This document shows, one piece after another, positions 14,000 to 27,899 of a stretch of DNA of 64,000 nucleotides. The position numbers and the translations under genes are program-made. The notes beneath the pieces were generated by a model that saw only the letters and a list, made by a program, of their open reading frames with translations, had not been told where the DNA came from and did no database searches. Location: contig OX597832.1 of NCBI GenBank assembly GCA_951406725.2, forward strand, positions 67,642,001 through 67,706,000, in the 5' to 3' direction. The stretch is from Octopus vulgaris. Lineage: Eukaryota. Each line of letters starts with the position of its first letter. The first letter of the stretch is position 1.

Positions 14000-14650
14000 A
14001 AGCCTTTAGTGGAAAGGACTACAACAACGCATTTTGTATGTTGTTCAGATCAACATTTGTTTGGTCGCCAATTTCCATTGTCACTGGTAAAACGTAAGAG
14101 TCTTTACGCAGGTCTTTGACATGCGTGAAATAGCAGTGCAACCAAATGAAGTATACTTGCGCAGCAGGGAAGCATCGGATAAATCGCTTCCAATCAATGG
14201 TTTGAGGAAATTAAAACTTTTGAACAAAGTTAATATTTTATCATTAAAATCTTTAGAAATGAATGCAATGAAGTAGTAAGTGGCTTTTAGGAATTTGGAA
14301 CTCATGATGCCATTGTACATATATTGCAAAATAAAATAAAATAAATTATAAGCCTCCTCTAACTGATATTGTAACATCTTTAAATGTTTGAATGCATAGG
14401 AAACAAACCAAGATACTACACACATGGTAAAGTGAGGGGGCATTCATGTATTTGAACGTGTGACCTTTAAATCAGGGTTAACTTGAAATTTGCTTTTGTT
14501 TTTCTCTTTGAAACTGAATGCGCAACATTGTTAAACGATGACTTTTGTTTAAGAATTTTCCAGCCTTTTATGACTTTATGTTCAGAAACTGTCTTCTGTC
14601 ATTTATGATAAATGTGATTTTAATTACCAGAAATATTAATATTTATTTTT
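14000..14650 (-). mobile_element. Decayed Tc1/mariner (DDxD) fragment
   Basis: Minus MPPHFTMCVVSWF resembles the QDGAPPHF..VR.WL motif; shares a block with 12860-12910. Confidence 0.3.
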
Positions 14651-16217
14651 CCTTGATGATTAATTACATTCATTAAATATATTATTACCTCGGTATTTAA
14701 TTATATAAATCATAATGAGTGTATATAAGTAAATCTTTGTCAGCATTTCTTTCTCTCTCCCGCCTGATCTGTGCGTGTATGTGTGTTTGTATTTACTAAC
14801 TTGATTGGTAAAACGAACAGTAATGAAAAATATAGAAAATGCATGTACAACCAGAAATAAAATGTCTTCGGTAAATAGCGGAGCATACCTTATCTGTACT
14901 GTAAAAATGAAAGATGAATTTATTGAGCCTGATTGAGCTGAAGGTCAGCCATGATGAAGTAAATATTTAAGTGCATTTTCCGCATGTTTCACATGCTGAT
15001 TTCAAATTCTTTCGCTGTTATCTTTGATATTCATACTTTCGAGGTCCATGTACCTTTTAATTATTGGACAACATTATCAAATCTTTATTTTCGTTTCGAA
15101 ACTGAAGAGCTGTTTTGAGGCCGAATTTTTTTAATGATGATTTGGTGAATGTTGGAACGCAATATTGTGTTTGCCCGATTCTTGTCATGATTTGTATGTA
15201 ATTCCAGAACAATGCAACTGAAAACCTCCAGTGTTATTAATTGGTTGTCTGCCCTTTTAAATCATTAAATTACATTCACAAGCCAAAAAGAAAAAAAAGA
15301 ATTCATGCGTAGGTTAAACAGATATTATTATACTTAATTAAAAGTGACTCGCAACTCAAAGCATGATAGGACCACCACAATCAAAAAGAATCTGTGGATT
15401 GCAGTTAACATTCGAAACAGTCATTTTACTTACAATGCTTGTGTGCTTGAACACAGTTCAACTGTGCAATATTTATCAAGAATTCCTGTATAAGCGTACG
15501 AATGTACGTGAAGATTTATCTAAACTAAAAGCAACGAGTATTCTGACTCGAACCTAACGGTAAACTATTTATATCAACTAAAATGGCGAGAATGCCAAAT
15601 GTCAGTGGGATATAATAGTTTCAGAACAGAAGTTGTTTAACGAGAAGAAGTAGAAGCAATTCTTAGTAGCCGAAAGCTAAATAGAAACTGGGTCTCTGGT
15701 GCAACAGGAGTGACAATAATTTATATAATTCATAAGTCAGTCTGATATAACAGCTTTTGACTTCTTAAAAGACATTGAAACACAAGAAAAGGACATCGAA
15801 TATTGTTGAATATTAGCTGCTATCTATTCAATGGGAATTCAAAGGTTGCGGGATACGATGCATACATTCGTTAACATACACATAAAAGCAAATACAGAGA
15901 TGAATATTTATCTCTCTCTTTCTCTCTCTCTCTCCACACGCACACACACACACACAAGTATCAGGTTTTCGGATCGCCTAAAAGCACACCCATTGGTTTC
16001 CGTCCAGTTGTGAAGACAAAACAAAGACATGTGAGATACAGTGTTTTTGATATGACGGGAGGACGATAACAAGTTTAAGAAAATATAGAAAATATTACAA
16101 ATTAAATTACGTACGAAATAACATGATATAATTTAGTGTGACGTCTTAATCAAAAGGATACGGAAAATAATTATCTTCAACGGCTGAGAGAAACATGAAG
16201 GAAGCCAAAGTAAGAGT

Positions 16218-16430
16218 TTATATACTTCCTAATTTTGGTAGAAGGCCGGACGTTTTGAGGAGAGGGAACAAGTCGATTACCTGGAACCAATAATTAACTG
16301 ATGCTTCTACTTTACCGACCTCAAGAGTATGAAAAGCAAAGATGGCAGCGAGAGAATTTGAAATCAGCGTGTAAAGCATCCAGAAGATGCAATTTTCGTG
16401 AGGCACTAACGATTCTGCTAGCTGATAGCA
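16218..16430 (-). mobile_element. Decayed SINE family 3 (Meta/MESC-like central domain)
   Basis: Minus 'ttcaaattctctcgctgccatctttgcttttcatactcttgaggtcggtaaa' matches 41615-41670; other decayed copies near 14960-15070, 18195-18350, 43995-44095, 52090-52235. Confidence 0.6.
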
Positions 16431-16952
16431 TTACTGTAATTGATAATATTAAACGGTCAATGAAAGTATTTTGATCGGGCAAAAACGGGAGAAGGTGGAA
16501 CGCTGGACATGCAGGTAATCCCGCGGGCAATATAAAAAGTTAATTGTTTGAACTAAAGCCACGAAGGAAGGAAAACCAAGAGAGACACAACGGAGGACTT
16601 AAGGCGCAACTAATTTGGAAAGAAACGCGTTATGCATGAGTAAATAGTTTATGAGAAAAGAGAGAGTCAACATAGGATAGAATAGCGTCAGACAAGGAAA
16701 GGGAGATGAGACATAGAAAGAAGCAAGGAAGAGACAGTTTGCTTAAGAGAGAGGAAAAGTTTAAAACAGGGGAAAAATAGGAAAGAAGCATAATATTTCA
16801 CACAAAGGGAAAGACAAGAGCACATATATTAGTGACGTTGTATGTATGTGTGTGTATGTGTAGATAGATAGAAACAGAGATAGAGAGATTGAGAGAAATA
16901 AATGAGGAAAAAAATATATATGTATGTATATATATATATATATATATATATA

Positions 16953-17012
<60 letters not shown>

Positions 17013-17139
17013 GTATGTGTGTGAGAGAAGAAATAAAACTAGTTCCCGTAGCGAATCTATGACATAGCAACTGATTACGCTACTGACACACACAAACAAG
17101 AATACGTACTTATTTGTATTAAGACATCAAACCTGTCCG

Positions 17140-17188
<49 letters not shown>

Positions 17189-19293
17189 CATGTAAATTTT
17201 CGTGTGTGTACATACATGCCTTTATATGTACGTGTGTATCTCTGTGTATACATTTATATGTCTATCTGTGCTTCAGAAGTTTGAAAACCATCCATACAAC
17301 AAGTGAACACTAAACACCTAATTCGGTAGAGGTATCCCTATTGGAATTACCAAAACGGCTGTATCGATTTCCAGGAACTTCCTTACTTGGAATTTTATAT
17401 CATTTTATACCTTGCCAAATTCGATGTCCCCAAAGTTTACTGGTCATAAGCTAAGTAGTATTTTAGTCGAGTATTCTATTTATTCATGCGGACTTCTTAT
17501 TTTCCATCTTACATTTCCTCCCATATCACCAAGACTTATGAAAACGACTTCCCTTTGAGACATTATATATATATATATTTATCTATCTATGTGTCTACTT
17601 CCATACATCTGTATATCTGTATGCCTATGTGTGTTTGTTGTGTGGGTGTGTGCGTATGTCTGTATGTGTATGTATGGAACTGACTTGGCAATCATTGTAT
17701 TCTTCGTTGAATTATTTATTGTAATTTTGTCTTATAGCGTTTAACCTTTTGCATACAAGTTTGACGTTTCATGTGGAGAGTGGTGGCTGTGTCGAAAGCA
17801 TAAAGGGTATTATACCGGCAGTTTCTGAAATTAGTTCTATATTCAATTTAATATGGAATGTAAAAGAAAGCGAAGTTTTCAGTCGAACTATGCTAATAGT
17901 ATCTCCCTTGTTGTTACTGTGGTTGTTGTTGCTCTTGGTCGTGTCGTTGCATCGCGTTTCCAAGAGATTTATATAGTATTGTGCAAGTAACTATTGAGCT
18001 ATGTGTAATTGGAATTCTGAGTTTAAGAATATGAATAAGAACAACCTTGACAATATATTAGCAAAAACAGTTGCCCCACGAAAATGTAGAAGCATCAATC
18101 AACAGCCTTCAACAAACACAGAAAGGAATCCATCAATTAAACAGTTACAAAGCACCAGGTTAACCATTTTGAAATGAGGGTGTGTGAAATTAATGCTTTT
18201 GACCCAAGTGACTGAATAGTGATATATTTTATCAAACACCGAACCGATGAAACACAAAGTTTACTTCGTCGGGATTTGAATTTAGAACGTAATGATCTGT
18301 AAAATATAATACGAAAGATTTTCCGACAATCTAGCTATTCTGCCAAATACTCACAATAGCTCAGTTTGAAGAAGGACTTGAGCTGGATTGTTGCAGCAAA
18401 TTTATTCCAGTGATAGGGATTTCCAATTCTTTAGTTATTTAATGACTGAAATCATTTAACTGCGAATGTACTTACGCTATATCTTCATGATATTATACTT
18501 AATGATACGGAGTCAGTACTTGTTTTGCTGAGCAGTTAATTATCTTCTCGGGTATTTATTTTTCGATGTTATCATTCTGGGGTGCACGGATGCCACAAGA
18601 CACTGTCTTAAACCGGTAAGCATAAACATAAAGTACACGTGCACACACAGTATACATATATACATACATACAAAATTTAAGATATAGAGTAGATCAAATG
18701 CGGGCAACACATGTTTCATAACGATCACGACTTCAGAAGTAGTAATTATCTAAGAAGCAAGGTGTACTCCGGAGGCTACTCATAACGTGAAGGTCATCTT
18801 GATTATGTAATTGAATCGTCCGTGTGTTAAGATGGGCTTCCTAAGAACAAAGTAAACTTTCATTTGATTAAGATACCGTCGGCATGAAGAGTCGCCTGCA
18901 GTATACACCTCTCTTGGATAACTACTACTTACCAGGTTCTGCTTGCTATGAAATATATGTAGCTCAGTCTCTATCTACTCCGTTCCCTATCTTTTGGATT
19001 TTTATTCGCGTACCTGCAAACCCTGATTGCCAACCGTGAATTATAGAATATTTTTTTCAGCTTCTCGTATTTCGATACTGGAAAAATTCACAATTTTCAG
19101 CACCAATAAACCACCAGTCCTCCTGAAAATTGATCACCAAGCTAACATATCAGTACAGAAAAATAGGAAGAATGCTGCCGTTGATTAGCTCCAAGAGGCC
19201 AGCGCCTCTAGCTAGCTATGTGACACACAATCTTGTGTCCATTATAACCTTCGAACAGGGGAGGTCAGCAGCTTCCACTAGCTGGTTTGGCAA

Positions 19294-19334
19294 CCACAGA
19301 CTAGTTTCGAGTTAGTTGCCTCTTATCAATGTGG
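19294..19334 (-). ncRNA. Minimal type I hammerhead ribozyme, U3-A8 core
   Basis: Reverse complement: CCACA-TTGATAA-GAG-gcaactaa-CTC-GAAA-CTAG-TC-TGTGG. Confidence 0.75.
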
Positions 19335-19437
19335 AGTAGCCGAGCACAGCAGGCGTCGCTGCTGACCGACTGTTAGAAAGATTGTTTACCTAAATTCAGT
19401 GGTTTTCAAAACTAAAAATATCCTGGGTTCGGCTACT

Positions 19438-19478
19438 CCACATTGATAAGAGGCAACTAACTAGAAACTAGTATTTGG
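19438..19478 (+). ncRNA. Second HHR copy (U3-A8 core, slightly degenerate)
   Basis: CCACA-TTGATAA-GAG-gcaactaa-CTA-GAAA-CTAG-TA-TTTGG. Confidence 0.6.
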
Positions 19479-19644
19479 ATGCCAAACCAGCAAGAGAAAG
19501 ATGCAGGCCTCCCCAATTCCAAGGTTATAATGGACACGGGTTTGTGTATCACATAGTTAGATAGAGGCGATGGCCTCTTGAAGCTAATCAATGGCAGCAT
19601 TCATCCTATTTTTCTAGACTGCTATGCTAGCTTGGCGATAACTA

Positions 19645-19693
<49 letters not shown>

Positions 19694-19789
19694 TGAAGGG
19701 TTAAATCTACAATATGCCGGATTTGAACTCAAAACAGAAACAGCCGGATCAAGTACGATAAGCCGTCTCTTCCAAAGTTTTCATAATTC

Positions 19790-20400
19790 CACTAATCCAC
19801 TCCTTTTGATTGGTACTCTTCTACCCACTTGTTGCAGATGCAAGGATACCAACACATTTTATACGACCTTACATTTTTATATCTGTGGTACGGCTATTTG
19901 TTACCACTACGATATCATAGTACACTGCAGAAATTACATTAACTTGTAGACAATATCCCTTGTATTCTTACCTGCCTGTTTGCGCAAAAATCTATGTTAC
20001 ACGACGATTGTTATCCTTTGCCAAATTTACTAAAGCATTGATTTCTCGCGTAAATATAAATTTAAAAGTACTCCATAATGCTTTTGGCAGAACAAATGTA
20101 TCAAACAGTGTCAGCTTGTGTCAATAAAGTTCGCATATGTTACCGCTGTCACCTTATTTAATTCTATATAATTCTGTTATGGTTGCGTTTTAAGAAGGAA
20201 ATTATGTCTGTTAGTTTTTAAGCTAATATTTGGTTTTCAAAAGCGTTTCAAATTAGACAGACCTGACGCTTTTGAAAGTCGTACGGCCCAGTATCTTTTA
20301 GAGATGTTTCGGCGTTACCAACCTGCATTGAAAATGTGACCATGGCATCTATTTTTGTAAACATACTATGCTTGGAAAATAAACTACTTGGTTTAATTCA
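19790..20400 (-). mobile_element. Decayed N-terminal part of a second ZNF862-like hAT transposase
   Basis: 20228-20380 is a diverged copy of 21820-21965; downstream broken frames weakly resemble the D-STD catalytic region. Confidence 0.35.
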
Positions 20401-20619
20401 ATTATAAAATAATTCGAATTTATTAGGTTTCCATGATGTAATGTCGAAATAAATTCACGTCAATGACACCACCTACTTAAAGACTGATATGTTAGATGCC
20501 ATGAAAATAGTTATAGCAAACTCATTCTGTTCCAAAGCTCCTTGGCAAATTATCCATTTGCTTAATATGAAAATCCACATACGTAGCACAATTTATGTCG
20601 TCTTACAAAACTTGCATAA

Positions 20620-21970
20620 TCCTCCACAGAATAATGTTGATATTCCTTAAATCTATAATCTTTCTCTCTCGTTTATTTGGTTCCTTAGCAAATTCCATCT
20701 TGACTAATGACCTTTCATCCAATTAAGAGTTTTAATTTTTGCCTTGGCATATCCAAACAGCATTCTCTTAAACGGTTTCTCACTTTTCTTCTTTTAGTAG
20801 ATGCAACATCGAAATGAATTCAGTTGCTTCTTCACACTATATAGCATTGGTTACTTAAACCTTTCTAAAATTGACATTAGCACCGAATTCAGCGCGTGAA
20901 AATATTCTCCAATGCAATTTATCAAATGTTTTAATTTTGAAGATAAATGCCTTTTGAGAGAAACAAATAACCTTTTGACATCAGTTTGTATGAATAGGAA
21001 ATAATGAAACTCTCTTATTCCCATTTAATTACTTTCTCATTGGTAAACGTGAAGCCCCAATCTTAAACACCAGAGAAATCAAAACTTATTAATGCTTTCA
21101 CATCATATTCCCGAAACGTTTTGCCTAAATGATCGCCCACGCGATTTATAAATGTCAATGATCTTTCGCAATTCTCTAATCACAATTGTTTTACTTTTAC
21201 ATTTTTTTCACGTTGGTGAAATAGCCAATATTTAACGCAGTCACATCAGGAAAAATTGTCTTCCAGATATTATCTTCCTCAAGTTGTTCCTTGCAAAATG
21301 AACTGTATCAGTCGTTATCGCCTCCCTCTTCAAAGACATCATTTAAAGCAACAGTCTGTGTGAGGTTTCTCAATTTCTCCAGACAGTATATAGCTACAGG
21401 GTTATTTGACTTATCATCTTCAAAGCACATGATCAGCGCCTCATAATTATTTATTATTGCCATAATTGCAAGTTAGATTACCATCTGACTTTAATAAGTC
21501 GTCGTCTGAAAGCAAAGTTTCATATTCAATGACTCTGCAGTGTTTTTCTAATTTGCATTTTTGACTGTAGATCGATAAATCCGTGATATAGATTGTTCTC
21601 GTCAAAAACCCATTGCCTTCTACAAAATTCATGTTTTCTTTTTCGTGTATCACAAAAACTTTCAAAGTATGCAATACAATGTGGATTGAATAGAACTGGA
21701 ATATCATCTCCCATTCTTGTCACACAGCAAACCCTTTGAAACAAAAATGATAAACATCCCATGGAAAGTAAAAATCAAATTATCGTGTGATGTACAAGTT
21801 TCGTTACTCTTTAGTACATATCTGGTTTTTGGAAAGCGTTGCAAATATGGCAGACCCGTCTTTTGTAAAAGCCTTACAATCTACTCTATTTTCAGAGATG
21901 TTTCAGCGTGAAGAACCCATGTTCAAGATCTAACCCCCACATAAATATTTGTAAACATGTTTTTCTTTTA
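20620..21970 (-). pseudogene. Decayed hAT transposase (ZNF862-like)
   Basis: Frameshifted minus translation in correct order: IPVLFNPHCIAY (CxxH box), KVRW*S..LAIMAIINNYEALIMCFEDDKSNNPVAIYCLEKL (RWLS box), TNAI*CEE and KVRNRLRECCLDM (C-terminal dimerization region). Confidence 0.75.
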
Positions 21971-22069
21971 CCAGTGGTATACTCTTCTGCAAAAATAAAA
22001 GTTGTGATGGTCATGGGTAGAATGACTTTTTCATTTCTATACTGCATGCTAATGATGTGAGACGAAAGA

Positions 22070-22720
22070 AAAATACCCCAAAATTCTTTTACATAAAAAC
22101 ATTCAGATTAGATAATATAATTTTTTACAACGATAAAAATGAATTGGTATAAATGTATCTAAATTAAGTCATAGAGTTTTTGATGAGAACTTAAAACGTG
22201 TCTTGCTTGTCAATCAGTGGGTGCTAATGTTTTAGTCTCACTGTCATCAGAATCCCTAATTATTTACAGTATCTTAAATTTTTAAAAAAGATGATTAGAG
22301 AACTAACAGAACATTTATAGTACTTGGATCTGGTTGTTGGCTATTGCATCTGGATGGAATTTGACGGTTACAACTATTTTAAAACAGTGGTAACTGTATA
22401 GAATAGAGGTAACTGCTAAATTCCATCCCGTTGCGAGACCCAACTGCCAAATCCGAGAACTATAAATTGTCTTTTATTTGTCTTCTCACCTCTTTTTTCA
22501 ATTTAAGATGCTGTAGACAGTTATGATTTCTGATCACAGTGGGACAAAATATTTAGAACCCATTGATTGACAAAACAGATGCGTTTTGTCTTTCTGTCAA
22601 ACACTTTATTACTTGATTTGGATATATCTATGTAAACTAAATTTTTTATGTTCTTATCATTGTAAAACGGTTTAATACCTGTTTCTGATTGATTTTATGG
22701 AAACTATTTTTGACGCATCG
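22070..22720. mobile_element. Long diverged fold-back (MITE-like) element
   Basis: ~22080-22371 and ~22409-22710 are inverted copies (e.g. ggatggaatttgacggttac / gtaactgctaaattccatcc; tgtcaatcagtgggt / acccattgattgaca). Confidence 0.75.
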
Positions 22721-22922
22721 CAGACGACTCACAAAATTTCAAAATTTTTCTTTTCATTGTCAAATACTCTCTCACTTGATGTGAATACACTTATGAAAAC
22801 TAATTTGTCACACCACAGAGGATACACAAAGCCTCATACTTTAACACTTTACTTTCGAAAATCTTTTTAGATAAGTGAAAACGGTTATGTTAAATACGTT
22901 TAAAAGACTCCTGCATTTTCAG

Positions 22923-22988
<66 letters not shown>

Positions 22989-22989
22989 A

Positions 22990-23399
22990 TACTCTTTTAC
23001 TCTTTTACTTGTTTCAGTCATTTGATTGCGGCCATGCTGGAGCACCGCCTTTAGTCGAGCAACTCGACCCCGTGACTTATTCTTTGTAAGCCCAGTACTT
23101 ATTCTATCGGTCTCTTTTGCCGAACCGCTAAGTGACGGGGACATAAACACACCAGCATCGGTTGTCAAGCAATGCTAGGGGGACAAACTCAGACACACAA
23201 ACATACACGCACACTTATATATATATATATATATCAATATATACGATGGGCTTCTTTCAGTTTCCGTCTACCAAATCCACTCACAAGGCTTTGGTGGACC
23301 CGAGGCTATAGTAGAAGACACTTGCCCAAGGGTTCACGCAATGGGACTGAACCCGGAACCATGTGGTTGGTAAACAAGCTACTTACCACACAGCCACTC
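22990..23399 (-). mobile_element. tRNA-derived SINE family 1, inserted in (TA)n
   Basis: Highly similar to 13544-13973; (GAGTAAAA)n tail. Confidence 0.9.
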
Positions 23400-23469
<70 letters not shown>

Positions 23470-24220
23470 GTATATCAGAATACAATAACACCATAGAAAC
23501 ACCAGTTACTGGCGTCAACTATCACTAGACCAATGAAATTTTACAGATACCAGTTGCTGATGTCACCTAATTCTAGAACAATGAAAACCGAACTTCAGGA
23601 AATACAACAAAATGACCCTTTAAGAGAATCAAGACGTCACCAGTACTTTAATGAATCAAAAATTAGATTCACTCGCAGAAAAAAAAATATAAGTACACCA
23701 GATTCCAAAACACACCGTTACAGGCGTATGTTCCTACACACGACGGAAAGAGTATCATAGAAATTGTAAACAAAATCCAATGTTTTTACTATCATCGTTT
23801 TTCCTTTGAATTTTTCCCTCATAACACAACATGACTGAAAGTTTGATGATATCCAACTCTTGTTGAGATCTGCTAACTCATATGAACATTGTATATTCAA
23901 ACGCATTGATACAGAGTTTTACTATTAATGAGTGTTATGAACATTTAAACCTATCAACATCGACATTTTTGAACGTGTTTTTCTAATTCATAATTCAATA
24001 TTTGTCTGTTATGGAGATTGTTATTTGTCAATATTGAAACTTTTAAACATATTTTTCTAATTCATAATTCTAAATTTTTACCATTGATGAACAAAAAAAT
24101 ATTGCTGAAACTAATTTGGTATATATGTAAATAATATTTTTAGACATTTCCAAGTTTTTCAAATTTGTCTCTTATTTCCTACGTAGAAACACACCCCACT
24201 CATTTGTTATACATAGACAC

Positions 24221-24266
<46 letters not shown>

Positions 24267-24270
24267 TTAT

Positions 24271-24356
<86 letters not shown>

Positions 24357-24622
24357 GTACAATATATATGTGTATATAAAACTATGCTAGATGTGTCGAA
24401 ACACTTGCCGGGATTTATATTAAATTCTCGTACATTCCATCTACTGTCTTTCATTTGCTATACATATGTATATATATATATATATATGCATGTATGTATA
24501 TACATATATGCATATATATGTATATGTATATATATATTTATATATATATATATATATATATACTTATATATATATATGTATGTATGTAATTATGTATGTA
24601 TGTATGTGTGTGTGTATGTATG

Positions 24623-24654
<32 letters not shown>

Positions 24655-24674
24655 TAGGTATATATATAGGTATA

Positions 24675-24758
<84 letters not shown>

Positions 24759-24910
24759 ATGAAATGGATAAATGAATTATCTTGTTACGGATATTCAAAA
24801 TTTAACCGATACCTGTGTAGCAAAAATCACACCAGAAAAGACACGGTTGAGGTTACGACCATGGGGTTTCGCCCTCGTGCTTTAGCGCGGATAATTGAAG
24901 TTTTATATAT

Positions 24911-25371
24911 TTAGTGAAGGGAAGAAATGGAGCCGAACGAAGATTCTACAAAATTCCTTTTTCTTATTTTCTACACATGTTTCAAAGGCTGCAAATTCCC
25001 AAATTCGGATTGAATAAGGAGACCAGTCTGCAGCTTTCTCTTCAGGAAAATCCAGGAACTTAAAATCTCAAAACAAATGCGCAGCAAGCTTTTCGAACAA
25101 AACGCTCCCTAGGAGCCCATGGTAAAAATGGCACAAAACTGTCTCTCAATATGCGCTGACGTCAGAGTGGGTGAAGGCCGACGAAAAACCCGTTGGAATA
25201 AACCTAGGTCAAACCACGGTCAAATCAGGTAGGGGAAGAATCACAGAAAACCCAAAGAGTGTGAATATATTCTGTATAACTAGTGTTAATGTTCAAATTG
25301 TTTTAAGAATGACAGTAGAAAATAATAAAAAGGAATTTTGTAGAATCTTCGTTCGGCTCCATTTCTTCCCT

Positions 25372-25378
<7 letters not shown>
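24911..25378 (-). mobile_element. Family E element with ~65 bp near-perfect terminal inverted repeats and an HHR, in a TA-rich context
   Basis: 24913-24975 vs 25315-25377 inverted (agtgaagggaagaaatggagccgaacgaagattctacaaaattcctt). Confidence 0.8.
24966..25051 (-). ncRNA. Type I hammerhead ribozyme, canonical core, extended stem II
   Basis: Reverse complement: ATTTTC-CTGAAGA-GAAAGCTGCA...TGCAGCCTTT-GAAA-C-ATGT-G-TA-GAAAAT. Confidence 0.75.
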
Positions 25379-25432
<54 letters not shown>

Positions 25433-26103
25433 ATAAATAAGAGCAGAATAAAAAAATTGCATGCCATCTTTTTAATTGTTGATACACACAGAGTGGAAAT
25501 GAGAAAAGCAAACTAATACAAATTATTCAAAATTTGTTCTTCCCGAATCGGACTTATGTCTCAATTAATCCAGCAGGATTCTTCGTTCGTCAGCGCGAAG
25601 CTTGATAAGAATAAATGAAATACTTAGATATAAGTAGGTGCAAAGTCATGAGTGCATTTAAGTACCCCAAATATATCTGAACGGAAATTCAGTAGCTAGC
25701 CTCAGCACACGTGTATATGGTCAGTCTCGAAGTGAATTGTAATAAATTTACGTCTAATATAAGGATAAGATTTTACAAAAACATGTTATCAGCGGCCAGC
25801 ATATTAAAATACCTTTTAAGGGAATTATATACAATTATGAATAAGAGCAGAAGAAAAAATATTTTCTATAGCAATGTGCTGAACTATATGTATTAGATCG
25901 TCTAGCCACATACAATATTTTTCACTGTAGATACACAGTGTGTTGAAACGAGGGAAGCAAGATAACAGAAATTTTAAAGATTTATCATTACCAAACCTGA
26001 CCTTATTTCCGTTTAATCCAAGAGGATTCTTCCTTCGTTAGCGGTTAGACGATCTAAAGACTAGTTTTTAACATATTGGCATAGACATTTTTGTTCTTCT
26101 CTA

Positions 26104-26192
<89 letters not shown>

Positions 26193-26263
26193 CATATATC
26201 TATGTATATATGTAAATATGTATATATGTATATGTATATATGTATATATATATATATCTATAT

Positions 26264-26372
<109 letters not shown>

Positions 26373-26400
26373 AGTTAAGGAATAGAGTAGAAAAAGATAT

Positions 26401-26453
26401 CGGCTACATATGTTTCATAGCGGGGTCTATATTGCTGGCCAATCTTCAGACCA
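26401..26453 (-). ncRNA. Type I hammerhead ribozyme motif next to (TA)n
   Basis: Reverse complement: GGT-CTGAAGA-TTGGC...GCTAT-GAAA-C-ATAT-G-TA-GCC. Confidence 0.55.
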
Positions 26454-26539
26454 AGGATAACTTGATTAAATGAAAGTTTACATTGTCGCAAGGAGGTACA
26501 ATGTTAACAAAGCGAAGATTCAACGAGAATTTGTAGAGA

Positions 26540-26690
26540 GCGCAGTAGGGGAACGGGAAGAAGCTTGGTTCCCAACCGCATGGTTCCGGGTTCAGTGCCA
26601 CTGCATGTCAACTTAGGCAAGTATCCTCTACTATAGTCTCGAGCGAACCGAAGCTTAAGTGAATTTGGTAGACGAAAACTGAAAGAAGCC

Positions 26691-26739
<49 letters not shown>

Positions 26740-26931
26740 CGTGTGTATGTCTGTATCTGTTCCCCCGCCATCGCATGACAACAGATGCTGGTTCGTCAAA
26801 ATAGACCGATAAAATAAGTACTAACCTAACAAAGATTAAATCATGAGGTCGATTTCTTCGACTCATAACCTTTAAAGCGATGCTCTAACATGGCCGCAGT
26901 CAAATGAGTGAAACAATAAAAGAATAAAAGA
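26540..26931 (+). mobile_element. tRNA-derived SINE family 1 (diverged)
   Basis: catggttccgggttcagtgccactgc...gaatttggtagacgaaaactgaaagaagccc...catggccgcagtcaaatga. Confidence 0.85.
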
Positions 26932-27899
26932 TCATGTGTGTGTGTCCTTTATTTAGAAAGTTTCTTTTCCAAACATCACGGCCCCCATCAGCTGTACGAT
27001 TCTCTATAGTGCTCAGGACTGATTTCATACGCAGTAGGTAACAATATTATTTTGAGCGTAGGTGTCCTCTTCATTCATAACTTTCTAGATAACATTGATA
27101 ATAGATCAATAACTAAGCTGTACACGTTAACATATTCTAAATATAATATCAAGATGAAGTAAATGAGTATTATAAAATTAGCAATGTATTATGCATTGCT
27201 CATAATAAATGACGATGAACACGTCAACGATATCTATCAAATATCAGGTCACACATTTTTTTCCCCAGACATCCATGAAAATTTAATGAAACTAATTCTG
27301 TACTTCATGGCAGTCAGCATAGTTGATTGTCATGAATTTGTAATGAATATTTAATGAAATACGCAATGAATTTTACTTAATATTAATTTTAGGAAATGTC
27401 TCTCTACACTGCAGTATATAAAATTTCTGGGATACAAAACTATAAGATATTTGTTGAAATTGTGCACATCCAATAACATGTTATTTTAAATATTTCCCAT
27501 TGTAATATTTTGTAGATTTGGGTGCCAAAAATTCTTATAGGCACATACTTGATATATATTTGTATAATAAAATCTGTTATTGAAATACTATAAATGAGAG
27601 CAATTAATTGTTACTATAATTACTCTTCCAGCCAATTAATAGGTTTTTATGTTTTGCATCACTCATAGCAGAAAAAAACATGAACAAGGGAAAATATAAC
27701 CAGTCGTTGTTGCTATATGTACAGAAACCAGCGACATAGAAATGGCCAACGGTCTAAGTTGAATGAACGATATGAAACATGGGAAATGACTGATCCTAGC
27801 TGAACCACAATCAACCCATCAGTACATACAATCTGAAGATACAATGATTTATCGAATAACAAGAATATTTTGATGCCAACGTAAAAAATTATGCATAAA

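Larger units (their letters stand above)
19128..19650. mobile_element. ~520 bp palindromic family B element with two U3-A8 HHRs, abutting (TA)n
   Basis: Arms ~19128-19350 and ~19422-19650 are inverted copies. Confidence 0.8.

Noticed and set aside
18705-18740. Minus-strand ctgaagt...gaaacatgt HHR-like string
   Set aside because: Core mismatch and no stem I
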